Shown in pieces: positions 56,201 through 64,000 of a stretch of DNA of 64,000 nt (its first letter is position 1; every line of letters begins with the position of its first letter). This stretch comes from a virus, in the IMG/VR virus record IMGVR_UViG_3300044825_001821, positions 32,001-96,000 of that record, one strand, 5' to 3'. Under the pieces are notes generated by a model. The model was given only the letters and a program-made list of their open reading frames with translations, was not told the origin of the DNA and did no database searches. A program made the translations under genes and the position numbers.

Positions 56201-57205
56201 GGAAATAGTGCGAATATTTCGTTTACTGCAAACAGTAATGCCATTACGAATGCTGTAATCACTGTTGCTGGTGTCGCAAATTCACAGACAATTGCAGTTA
56301 TTAATTGTGGTTTTTATGAAACAAATACGAGCGCACAAGCAACGTTTGAAGTGTGGGGTGATTATGGAATTGGTGTTGATAGTATAGCCTTTAGACCTCA
56401 CCTAAATGTATTCTCGATTTCAGCAAACGCTGATGCTGTTGCAGTTAATAGTTGGATTGTATTTGGTGGAGCCAATACAAGTCAAGCAAATGCACGTGTC
56501 TTTGTGAACGACAAAAATAGAGTCGAGAATGTAACAATATATGCTAATGGTTCTTATTCATCTGGTCCTGTAATTTCAAGACTGGTACATTATCAGAACA
56601 ATCAACCATTAGTCTCTCAGTCTTATGTAAATGCGGTATTTGTTTTAACGGCAGCAAATGTACCAAACCCAAGAGCAGTAAATAGTTGGATTAACTTTGC
56701 GACGAATCCTGACATTGCTGGAAGATATTTGGGACCAGCAAATGGTATGATTCAAGCTGCAAATGCACGTATTTTTGTATATCCAAATGGCACAGTTAAA
56801 AATGTAACTGTATATGCAAATGGCTCTATGTATGGAAATACAATTACTGCAAATGCTGCTAACTTGAGATATTATGAAAACAATGCTGTATTTGATGCCA
56901 CAACAAACAATGACATGAATGTTGTATTGACAGTTGTAGCGTCGGAGATAGGTAATGGAGTAATACGCAGATTTAATATTACAAGTAATGGCAGTTACTA
57001 TTGGCAGCCAACGATGCAGACAAATACGTCTTACATCATACCGCCAACATTTATAGCTAATACAGGTATGTTCCGTAATACGACTAATCTTGCGCCAGCA
57101 ACAATTGTTCAAACTACTTCTGGATTAATTACCGAAGGATTTGATGAGATTACAACCGAAACAGGAGATATTTTAACGACTGAAACTATTCAGCCATTAG
57201 GATAA
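50264..57205 (+). CDS. gp7: giant gp7-like baseplate wedge protein with repetitive C-terminal extension
   Basis: Q.PEFVREE.P.F..FL.AYYE, Y.SKGS..S, IQ.S.YY.DYSY, LLHP.GF; about 9 NSWI/ANARV repeats. Confidence 0.8.
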   Translation: MTTDLKTSILVEQQVPEFVREEFPQFIKFLKAYYEFLEEKQGVEKNDLVTFAKKLKTAKDVDESLDEFEAGFYSTFAALIPYEVQCDKELLFKQLVNLYKSKGSENSFKLIFHLLFGEDVDVILPKNNVIKPSASKWTVDNKLNINTSVYSYYDADGTQKTFDLTQQVNPDEISVYVNDVILNHGVDYFIQKENLKLIFFNAPSNGSNVKVFYENFDYKLFVNRKVTGLSSGASAIIEDSNLKSISDTFNLGLPIELLINAKSLQRRFFNGEVVSIPLFNSNNVLIETRVTTFSVVRKLNVVSAGQDYKVGDRVTLVSGDPLRNAIGEVETVYEGLIESILIGDGGATFTNAAPLYITGNGSSFYLEGAVDGIDLSGKNAANVWYISTDVIKSFNGTSFAANTIISNATYGFAANANASLDARIIDALLTEAIPMGPITNVKVLLTSAPLTATPEINVEGGYYSTDRTAKTFGSIAKFKINDGGSGYAVGDEIVFDPIPNLELYPQAKFAYGAAAVVGNVSITGGITRVDVANTRIDGNVKVTSVGSTQVQEDYLPASGEVRTRFLSQLKKGDIVDINGESRIVDTITSDQIFSVEPPGFTYLHTKKKLGIYNRYPRGGYGYMPGNFPSLNVTSNSAGSGANIEVYSIASDGETLSGAGFGTAGAILSIKLIDPGAGYQFVPTANIVSTTGTGGLAGAEIEQSFTTGTGRWTSSDSIVSSIERKIQGSDYYVDYSYLLSSRVEFYKYKKILKELLHPVGFARYSDYTKSAVVERDDIVVTRMDHRQDDQFLTISGRVNTGNGSIAVTGVNTKFNIAVSSGILQVGSQIAVNGEQRTINAIISNTRLITSGNVDNISWTGPYNTPTGNGMSNGFIVFSGGGGRLTSLTIENAGSGYSNGILEFLDADEGIRAIANAETWLAGETGVLTVTANAGAKAVNSWITFSGNTIGYVANARVYVNSTGAIINVVVANTGHYSTLSNVPTIGNVYTSLTYYENTATIAGSSYTNAEFSLVVAKTGSLKRVTLTEGGLYSNKPRIIPSFDPHYVYYSNTFTVVNPGQGYSNGTLIILGGDSFRAANAQIEVFPDKVQINAISNNASAIAVNSWIVLDGTYDSTVNSLNARVFVNTTGHVIRVQVYDRGLYSGLPVNIGLGSNIAITSANLRYYENNDVMTTTSNNQVNAIFTLSTTRLRSNGGIRTINVIDSGLYDGNASLIFPNTNQNLVIYQANVRSEVGVLRLAANVAGVSVNGYLRFAGANSNSANAFASVNSAGFVDSVVIYANGVYTDANDPPRVVPDSGVIAVTANSDAVAVNSWITFGGSGSNVANARVYVNTEGYIENVTVIANGAYEIGPSLSNVYTQLRYFDAASSNGSNGNTIAFGTYTNAVFTITTPNVLYQIDYTKNEGQGHSNGIVLFNDYIVDSVSVNTDAVGVNSWINFYTTIDDPRYTTSNIAVANARVYVNDKNYIVNVTMIANGTYFEAPTIGANANVYTGLKYFNSTSSNGSNGFPIGAYSFTNAVFTINTSRLTNRPADVRVEVWPANGSIRRLTIVDPGLYDNTARISGIEANAGAIAVNSWITFSGVSSNAANARIFVNTTGHVVNVTMYANGLYQSKPTIANVYTDLTYFENTASIAGSSYTNAVFSLLTYHIPTTNGPLRAIVNTQPKSISSVAANVGNPTGTIRTYNGVAHTNGFVVFSGGNPIRSANASIEVFPSNGSIRSITINDVGLYRNVSGLSASVASNSIPNSITQVLPLLPDFGGNNYSNGYLKIVGGGANTEANVYIEATPSTDPIPGRIIRTVINRIGLYSNIANVSLYPGVESVSFNAGAVAVNSWIVFTGTPDNLGAATLNVANARVYVNDKNYIVNVVVSSNGIYVNGAASISNVYMNLKYFNASSANGSNGFNIATYSYTNAAFTVTMGPVLHHAANGIRQTPNVFMQYVTPAGVIITGNTGARFTLGYNANTTNLANLVITTSANVGNSANISFTANSNAITNAVITVAGVANSQTIAVINCGFYETNTSAQATFEVWGDYGIGVDSIAFRPHLNVFSISANADAVAVNSWIVFGGANTSQANARVFVNDKNRVENVTIYANGSYSSGPVISRLVHYQNNQPLVSQSYVNAVFVLTAANVPNPRAVNSWINFATNPDIAGRYLGPANGMIQAANARIFVYPNGTVKNVTVYANGSMYGNTITANAANLRYYENNAVFDATTNNDMNVVLTVVASEIGNGVIRRFNITSNGSYYWQPTMQTNTSYIIPPTFIANTGMFRNTTNLAPATIVQTTSGLITEGFDEITTETGDILTTETIQPLG

Positions 57206-57216
57206 TAGGATTAAAA

Positions 57217-59166
57217 ATGTCAAGAATTAAAGTTTCTGAACTAACGGAATTAACGACACCGAGTTCAAACACAGAAAATACATTTATTTTGGTGACTGAT
57301 GTTAGTACGGGATCACCAGTTTCGAAAAAAATGTCAATTAGGGTTTTAGATAGCCTTATTGATATTTCTGTAAATGCTGCAAATGCTGCTCTGGCTAATG
57401 CAAACGCTGCATATGTTCATGCAAATGCGGCATATGTACATGCGAATTCATCTTTTACATATCAAAATGCTTCAGCCAGTTATGCAAACAGTGGGTTTGT
57501 TCATGCCAATGCATCGTTCATTCATGCAAATTCTTCTTTTAATGCACAAAATGCTACGGCAAGTTACACCAACTCTGCTTTTACTGGAGCAAATTCTGCC
57601 GGTTCTTATGCTAACTCTGGATTTGGTGCTGCAAATACTGCTGATGCAAAAGCAACATCAGCAGGTTCATATGCAAACTCAGCATTTTTACAAGCCAACA
57701 CTCCTAGCTACACATCAAACTCCGCATCTTTATATGCCAATGGTGCATTCATACAAGCCAATGCTGCATTTATTCGTGCTAACAATTCGTTAGATGCAAA
57801 TGTTGGTGGTCAAGTTACTGGTGATGTTACGATTACAGGTAACTTAACAGTAAGTGGAGTGACAACTTATGTCAACACTCAAACTGTTTTAGTTGCTGAC
57901 AATATACTTACTCTAAATGCAGCCATAAGCCAATCCGGCACCCCTGTAACTGACGCTGGTATTGAAATTGATAGAGGCAGTGAAGCTAACGTTTATGTTC
58001 TTTGGAATGAGTCTAGCAACAAATGGACTTTCACTGAAGATGGAACAAATTACGATTTCTTAGGAAGCACATCGGCTTCGTCTTACGCAAACAGTGCTTT
58101 TATACATGCCAATTCAGCGTATGAATCTCAAAATGCATCTGGTAGTTATGCCAACTCTGCATTTGTACACGCCAATAGTGGATTTGTACACGCTAATTCA
58201 TCATATGAAAGTCAAAATGCAACTGGTAGTTATGCGAATTCTGCGTTTGTACATGCAAATGCCGCATTCATACATGCTAACTCAGGATTTACTCATGCCA
58301 ATTCATCATACGAATCTCAGAATGCATCAGGCAGTTATGCAAATAGTGCTTTCTTACGTGCTAATAATTCAATAGACGCAAACAACGGCGGAGTAATTAC
58401 TGCGAATTTAGCAGTTTCAAATAGTTCAGTAGAAATATTCAACGTAAGAAGTCATGGCGTAACAGGCCTACCATCAACTTCAAACTCTTCTGGTACTGTT
58501 AATGTTATCGGTGGTGTTGGTGTCAAAGGAAATGTGTATGTTGATTTACTTGGTTTAAGTAATTCGGAAATTGATTCTGCTGGCACATCTTCCGCAAATG
58601 GCACGATTGAATTTTATGAAAACAGTTTATATGGAACAGTAGATAACACACAAGGCAGAGGATTTGTTCCTGTAGTTCAGTATCGTTACATGACTGCAAA
58701 CGCTGCAACTCCAATTAGCACAGAGGCTTTGCCATTTTTAGGTAACAGTAAAGGTATATTATTAAGTGCTAATAGTGTTTATGAAATTGAATGGAATGCA
58801 TTTTTCTCAAAACAAACAACCGCAACAGTTGGCTTTGCTATTCGTTTTGGTGCAAACCCACAATTAGTAAATGCTTTCTATCTTGGTGGTCGTGCAGAAT
58901 TAGGACAAGATATTGAGCATCCAGGACCTGCAAACTCTGCTGCTGTATTGAGTGCTACATCCGATCCTGTCTGGTTATTTACTCCAGTAGCAGGCGACGG
59001 ATCAACAAACTATTTTCACATTAAAGCATTAGTTATAACTAATTCTACTACATCAGCCAACTGTTATTTGCAAGCAAATACAAACGGTGGTTTCATGACA
59101 CCAAGAATTGGAAGCTATATGAAAGTAACTAAATTACCTAATGATGAAACAGGAATTTATTCTTAA
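57217..59166 (+). CDS. fibre-like virion protein with heptad ANS(A/G)F repeats
   Basis: KVSEL N-terminus, coiled-coil repeats, V.DN..TLN..AGIEIDRG domain. Confidence 0.75.
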   Translation: MSRIKVSELTELTTPSSNTENTFILVTDVSTGSPVSKKMSIRVLDSLIDISVNAANAALANANAAYVHANAAYVHANSSFTYQNASASYANSGFVHANASFIHANSSFNAQNATASYTNSAFTGANSAGSYANSGFGAANTADAKATSAGSYANSAFLQANTPSYTSNSASLYANGAFIQANAAFIRANNSLDANVGGQVTGDVTITGNLTVSGVTTYVNTQTVLVADNILTLNAAISQSGTPVTDAGIEIDRGSEANVYVLWNESSNKWTFTEDGTNYDFLGSTSASSYANSAFIHANSAYESQNASGSYANSAFVHANSGFVHANSSYESQNATGSYANSAFVHANAAFIHANSGFTHANSSYESQNASGSYANSAFLRANNSIDANNGGVITANLAVSNSSVEIFNVRSHGVTGLPSTSNSSGTVNVIGGVGVKGNVYVDLLGLSNSEIDSAGTSSANGTIEFYENSLYGTVDNTQGRGFVPVVQYRYMTANAATPISTEALPFLGNSKGILLSANSVYEIEWNAFFSKQTTATVGFAIRFGANPQLVNAFYLGGRAELGQDIEHPGPANSAAVLSATSDPVWLFTPVAGDGSTNYFHIKALVITNSTTSANCYLQANTNGGFMTPRIGSYMKVTKLPNDETGIYS

Positions 59167-59177
59167 AGTAAAAAATT

Positions 59178-60782
59178 ATGCCTTCAGTTACAACTAAACA
59201 TTTGGCGTATATAACCGCCGTTCAATTTAAAGAATCTTTTTACGAGCCTGCTCCAGAAATTGGGTATGTTTACATTGGTAATCATTTAAGTTATCCTGTA
59301 GAAAATACTCCTCCTACAATTGCTGATACCGTCTATGATGAGAAAAGCATTTGGGATAATATGATGGCAGCAAAAAAAGTGACGGGAACTGACGTTGAAC
59401 TTGTTATACCGAGAGTAAATTGGACCGCAAATACCGTCTATAAACAATATGATGACAAGGTGAATTTAGATCAACTTATTGAACCTGATGCTTCAATAAA
59501 TGTTAAACCATTTTACGTCTACACTTCCGAACGAAACGTTTATAAGTGTTTGTCGAATGGGCGCAACGGTACAACAAATTCTGCTGTTAAATCTACAGTA
59601 GAACCTAGAGGTGACTACACATCTTCAAATGGTAACATCAAAACTTCAGATGGTTATCTTTGGAAGTACATGTACAAAGTTTCACCGTCTAATAAGTTCT
59701 TAACTGATCAGTGGATACCTGTTCCAGCATCAGCAGATTTATTAGATTACACAACAAATCGTAATTTGGGAGTTATTGATGGTGAATTAACAACAATTTA
59801 TGTTAGCAATTCAGGCAGCAATTTTGTCGAAGCTAACATTAATGTTGTTTCTTTCAATGCATCTACAAATTTAATTACAATATTAAATCCAACAACGCAA
59901 ATATTAGATAACGTTTCAGCTAATATGTTTGTTACGGGTACTGGTATAGCACCAGAAACTTACATCACAAATTACGAAAAACAAAACAACAGATTCTACA
60001 TTTCATCTGATACAATTGCTGCTGGTGGAGGTATTCCTAGTCCATATACAACGGCTAATCAATTGTCACTGACAACAAGAATTTACATTGAAGGTGATGG
60101 CACCAGAGTTGTTGCTACGCCTACTATTAATGCTGCTGGCAACTTAGAAAAAGTAACTATCTCAACTATTGGAACTCAATTTTCTAGGGCTAATGTTTTT
60201 GTATATGGAACAGGAGCCAATTCGGGTGTGTCTCTCAGACCAATATTTGACCCCAAATATGGTCATGGGTATAATCCAGCCAAAGAACTTGCGGCAAATA
60301 GTGTGATGATTTCTCTAAGAATTGGTGAAATCGATTCTACAGAAAACGGAAAAATATCATCAAACACTACGTTTAGACAATATGGACTGCTTGTAAATCC
60401 CCATAAATACGGTGAACAGGATAGAGTAACGTCAGCTAATGCCAACTCTGTTGTTGATCAAACGACAGCAATTACAATCGTTGCAGGTCCTTTTTATTCA
60501 TTGGATGAATACGTTTATCAGGGTACAGCAAATAACGCAACGGCGTATGGGTATTTGATATCTCAATCTTCCAACGAAGTAAAACTCACAAATGTAATTG
60601 GTACATTTAGAACTGGTGTTCCTTTAAATGGTTTCAATTCAGGTACAAGTCGATTGGTTGTCGGCGTAGGTAATCCTGAATTCGAGCCTTATAGTGGAGA
60701 TGTATTGTATACTGAAAATACGGTGGCCATTACACGTGCGGATGGTCAAGCCGAACATATAAAACTTATTGTTAGATTTTAA
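59178..60782 (+). CDS. gp8: baseplate wedge gp8
   Basis: VIPR.NW, VYKCL.N, DGYLWKYMY, GHG.N...EL, FRQ.GL..NP, SG..LY.EN. Confidence 0.9.
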   Translation: MPSVTTKHLAYITAVQFKESFYEPAPEIGYVYIGNHLSYPVENTPPTIADTVYDEKSIWDNMMAAKKVTGTDVELVIPRVNWTANTVYKQYDDKVNLDQLIEPDASINVKPFYVYTSERNVYKCLSNGRNGTTNSAVKSTVEPRGDYTSSNGNIKTSDGYLWKYMYKVSPSNKFLTDQWIPVPASADLLDYTTNRNLGVIDGELTTIYVSNSGSNFVEANINVVSFNASTNLITILNPTTQILDNVSANMFVTGTGIAPETYITNYEKQNNRFYISSDTIAAGGGIPSPYTTANQLSLTTRIYIEGDGTRVVATPTINAAGNLEKVTISTIGTQFSRANVFVYGTGANSGVSLRPIFDPKYGHGYNPAKELAANSVMISLRIGEIDSTENGKISSNTTFRQYGLLVNPHKYGEQDRVTSANANSVVDQTTAITIVAGPFYSLDEYVYQGTANNATAYGYLISQSSNEVKLTNVIGTFRTGVPLNGFNSGTSRLVVGVGNPEFEPYSGDVLYTENTVAITRADGQAEHIKLIVRF

Positions 60783-60792
60783 AGGTTAATAG

Positions 60793-63700
60793 ATGGCGCT
60801 TACTACAAATTTTAATGTCAATCCTTACTACGATGATTTTGACGAGGATAAGAATTTCAATCGTATCCTATTCAAACCAGGAACTGCGGTTCAAGCCCGT
60901 GAACTGACACAGCTACAAACTATAATACAGGATCAGATTAAAAAATTTGGTGATCATATTTTTGTAACTGGCTCAAAAGTCACTGGTGGGCAAATTACAA
61001 TTCAAAATTGTAACTACCTGAATATTGCTTCAACATTCAAAGGCGTTGATATTTCTGCAAATACTTTCAATGAAAAAGTAATTTACAACACATCGAATAC
61101 AAAACGTGCTCTTATTTTAAAATCTTACAATGCAGTCGAAAGTGCAAACGAGCCAATTACCTTTATCATTAAACAATTGTATGGTGCTGACTTTCAGCCA
61201 AATGAAACCATTTATACTGATGCTGGGCCTGATGGTAACGTATCTTATTATGCCAATCTTGCAAGCGCAAATGCTTTGGGCAACACAATGGCATTTTCAA
61301 TTGGAGCGGGTGTATTTTATTATGATGGCCTCTTTGTCAAATCACAACCACAGACCGTTGCAATTGACAAATATTCTCGTCAGGGTAATTCAAGAGTTGG
61401 TTTTGTGGTTTCAGAAGAAATCATTGATTATACTGAGGATACTTCTTTATTAGACCCTGCTCAAGGTTCGTCTAATTTTCAAGCGCCAGGCGCAGACCGT
61501 TATAGAGTTTCTTTACATTTAGATACTCGTCCATTAGATAGCACAGATTTAACTAAGTTCATTGAATTAAATCAAACTGTTGATGGTGTTCCAATCGTTA
61601 ATCGTGAAACTCCTATTTACGGTCCTTTGATTGATGAACTTGCTCGTCGTACATATGATGAATCTGGTGACTATATTATCAAAGACTTTTCTATCGCACT
61701 TGAAGATAGTGCTAATGGTTCAGGAGCATATGCTAACGTAATTCTTGGACCAGGAAAAGCATATATCCGAGGTTATGAGTTTGGAAGAGAGTCATCAACA
61801 ATTCTAGAAATTCCAAAACCAAGAACAACTGATGTAATTTTTAATCAAAGAATTACAACCGATTATGGTTATTACATCTATGCAAATGGAATGTTCAATA
61901 ACTTTGGTACAAATCAATTTGCTAACGTAGAACTTTCGGCGCTCAATACCGGACAAATTATCAACATGATCGGTATAGGTGCAGGAAGTAACTTGGCTGT
62001 TTATAATAATACTGTTATTGGTAACTGTAAAGTTAAACTACAGAACTTTTTCGTTGCTAGTGCAAACACAGACGAACCAAACAATTACGTTTATAGAGTT
62101 ACTGTAACCGATATTAATACCACTCCAATTGGTTCAAATAGTGGATATGGAACAAATGCAACTGGCGGCACAGTATCGACTGTTATATTTCCAACAGGAT
62201 TTTCTGCCAACAGTGATGTCTACAAAGGCATGAAGATTCGAATGGTCAAAGGTCGACCAAGAAATCTTACTTCCGACAATAGCACCAGAACGATTACTGC
62301 TTATGATGGTTCAACAAGAACTGCAACTGTCGTTCCTTCTTTTAGTTCAGCTATTACAACTACTGATTGTTTTATTATCGATACATCCAAAAGAGATATG
62401 GAATCTCTTGTTGTGCGTAGTGCTACAGCAGGAACTACACTAGTATCATATGCTAACGTTCACCCAATTTCTAAAAATGAATCGATTGGTTTCCCAACTT
62501 TTGATGGTGTAACTGATGCTGGATTTCAACCAGTAAGAATTACTGATGAGTTAAATGAGCCTTTATTAATTAAAGTTGGACAAATTAACGTCGCCGACAA
62601 TTCGATTGCAGACTTTTCTTTTGCGTACAAAAAACTGTTTACTGGTGTAACATTTACAAATGATGTATCAGCACCATTGTCATTAGGTTCGGGAGAATCA
62701 TTAGTTCAAGTATCATCTCAAACAGATAAACAAAAATATTATCAAGTTATTGTTACGACCTCTACTGGTTCAAACTATGCAAGAGGTCAAACAGTTCCAG
62801 CACAAGTTCAAACAATTGATGCGATTGCAAAAACAATTCAGATAACTGGTGCTGGAAGTTCAATGGTTGCAAATGTTTTTGCAACTGTTTCAGTTTCAAA
62901 TCCAACTTCTAAGAGCAAAGTCTTTATTCGAGCAAATACTCTTTTAGTTGACCCCGCTAGTTCTGGTAGTAGAACTAATAGTATTTTTAGTTCAGGTAAT
63001 AATAATGTTTATGTGGCTCCGCTTGATGGACAAACAATTATTAATGATACCAATTTAATACAAAAGAAACCTGGTTTGGTTACCTCTTTGTATGTTGCCG
63101 ATGTTTATGCTATCAATGCTGTTTTTGATTTTAATGGAACTTCAGTTTCTACAGCAACTTATGATGCTCTTGATAAAGCTACAGGTTCATCTGCAAACGT
63201 TACTGACAGATATATTCTATCAACAGGACAAAAAGACTCTTACTATGATTGGGGTGGAATTATACTCAAACCTGGACAAAATCCACCAAAAGGTCCTTTA
63301 GTTGTTCGATACGAAAGATTCAAATCAACTGGATCCGGTTTCTTTAATGTTGATTCTTATACACGTTTAGGTGATTATAGAACTGGTGGTCAAGGTTTGG
63401 ATTATGGTTTAATTCCAACCTTCACTAGCCAAGATGGTAATCAATATAGATTAAATGACTTTTTGGATTTTAGACCTGTTCGTAAAGATGCTGTAAACAC
63501 ATCAACAGCAAATAATTTTGTTTTAGATGTTGATGCTTCTTATGGTAATATTATTTCTGAACCGGGACAAGAAATTATTACCGATTATGCATATTACTTA
63601 CCACGTATTGATCGTGTTATTCTGAATAGAAATAGACAACTAAAAGTTATACAAGGAGTCCCATCTCTAAAACCAACTGTTCCTGAGCAGCCAGAACAGG

Positions 63701-64000
63701 CAATGACTCTTTATGTTTTAAGATATCTTCCATATTTGACATATCCTTCTTCAACAGGCATTCAAACTTTCAGTAATAGACGTTATACCATGAAAGATGT
63801 TGGTTTGCTTGATAAGAGAATCACAAATCTGGAATTGTATACATCTTTGAATATTGCAGAAATTGCTGCGCTGAATAAATCAGACATTACTATTCGTGAT
63901 CAAGTGGGGAGATCAAGACCCAAAAATGGAGTTTTTGTAGATTCTTTTGTTGACCGTGCGGCAGCTTTAATCACTGCTCCAGATTTTAATGCAGCAATTG
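60793..64000 (+). CDS. large structural protein (DUF4815/VrlC-like), truncated by window end
   Basis: Read manually: NFNVNPYYDDFDEDKNF.RILFKPG..VQARELTQLQ; absent from ORF track, consistent with no stop in window; not every codon checked. Confidence 0.85.
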   Translation, partial: MALTTNFNVNPYYDDFDEDKNFNRILFKPGTAVQARELTQLQTIIQDQIKKFGDHIFVTGSKVTGGQITIQNCNYLNIASTFKGVDISANTFNEKVIYNTSNTKRALILKSYNAVESANEPITFIIKQLYGADFQPNETIYTDAGPDGNVSYYANLASANALGNTMAFSIGAGVFYYDGLFVKSQPQTVAIDKYSRQGNSRVGFVVSEEIIDYTEDTSLLDPAQGSSNFQAPGADRYRVSLHLDTRPLDSTDLTKFIELNQTVDGVPIVNRETPIYGPLIDELARRTYDESGDYIIKDFSIALEDSANGSGAYANVILGPGKAYIRGYEFGRESSTILEIPKPRTTDVIFNQRITTDYGYYIYANGMFNNFGTNQFANVELSALNTGQIINMIGIGAGSNLAVYNNTVIGNCKVKLQNFFVASANTDEPNNYVYRVTVTDINTTPIGSNSGYGTNATGGTVSTVIFPTGFSANSDVYKGMKIRMVKGRPRNLTSDNSTRTITAYDGSTRTATVVPSFSSAITTTDCFIIDTSKRDMESLVVRSATAGTTLVSYANVHPISKNESIGFPTFDGVTDAGFQPVRITDELNEPLLIKVGQINVADNSIADFSFAYKKLFTGVTFTNDVSAPLSLGSGESLVQVSSQTDKQKYYQVIVTTSTGSNYARGQTVPAQVQTIDAIAKTIQITGAGSSMVANVFATVSVSNPTSKSKVFIRANTLLVDPASSGSRTNSIFSSGNNNVYVAPLDGQTIINDTNLIQKKPGLVTSLYVADVYAINAVFDFNGTSVSTATYDALDKATGSSANVTDRYILSTGQKDSYYDWGGIILKPGQNPPKGPLVVRYERFKSTGSGFFNVDSYTRLGDYRTGGQGLDYGLIPTFTSQDGNQYRLNDFLDFRPVRKDAVNTSTANNFVLDVDASYGNIISEPGQEIITDYAYYLPRIDRVILNRNRQLKVIQGVPSLKPTVPEQPEQAMTLYVLRYLPYLTYPSSTGIQTFSNRRYTMKDVGLLDKRITNLELYTSLNIAEIAALNKSDITIRDQVGRSRPKNGVFVDSFVDRAAALITAPDFNAAI

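Noticed and set aside
50264-59166. Diversity-generating retroelement in the repetitive fibre genes
   Set aside because: No reverse transcriptase and no near-identical template/variable pair differing only at adenines was seen.

Overview
A 64 kb segment of a large T4-like (Tevenvirinae/Kyanoviridae-type) myophage, probably from freshwater. A betaproteobacterial host is inferred from pqqA and the permuted tmRNA with its ANDDYYALAA tag. Layout: (i) 1-9460, small early ORFs behind repeated CTTGACAAG-N-TA(C/T)AAT sigma70-type promoters, with a repeat-rich possible origin at about 1.66-2.15 kb; (ii) 9478-14371, a tRNA array of 24 tRNAs covering all 20 amino acids, with structured spacers and a YkuK-like RNase H gene; (iii) 14.4-33.4 kb, accessory and replication genes (rubrerythrin, unannotated pqqA, RNase H, GT2, GalE, ClpP-like, Gly-rich fibre, DenV-like, exonuclease, two-piece tmRNA, SleB-like hydrolase, gp33, gp59); (iv) 33.4-64 kb, gp32 and the tail/baseplate module (two tape-measure-like paralogues, gp51/gp26, gp54, gp2, gp4, gp48, gp53, hub, gp5, PAAR, gp25, gp6, giant gp7, fibre, gp8, partial DUF4815-type protein). 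Top finding: directly upstream of the tRNA array is a 31-codon leader peptide containing all 20 amino acids, embedded in a four-segment (1:2, 2:3, 3:4) transcription attenuator, which looks like a sensor of general tRNA shortage controlling the phage's complete tRNA set. Protein calls come from motif recognition and gene order, not database searches.
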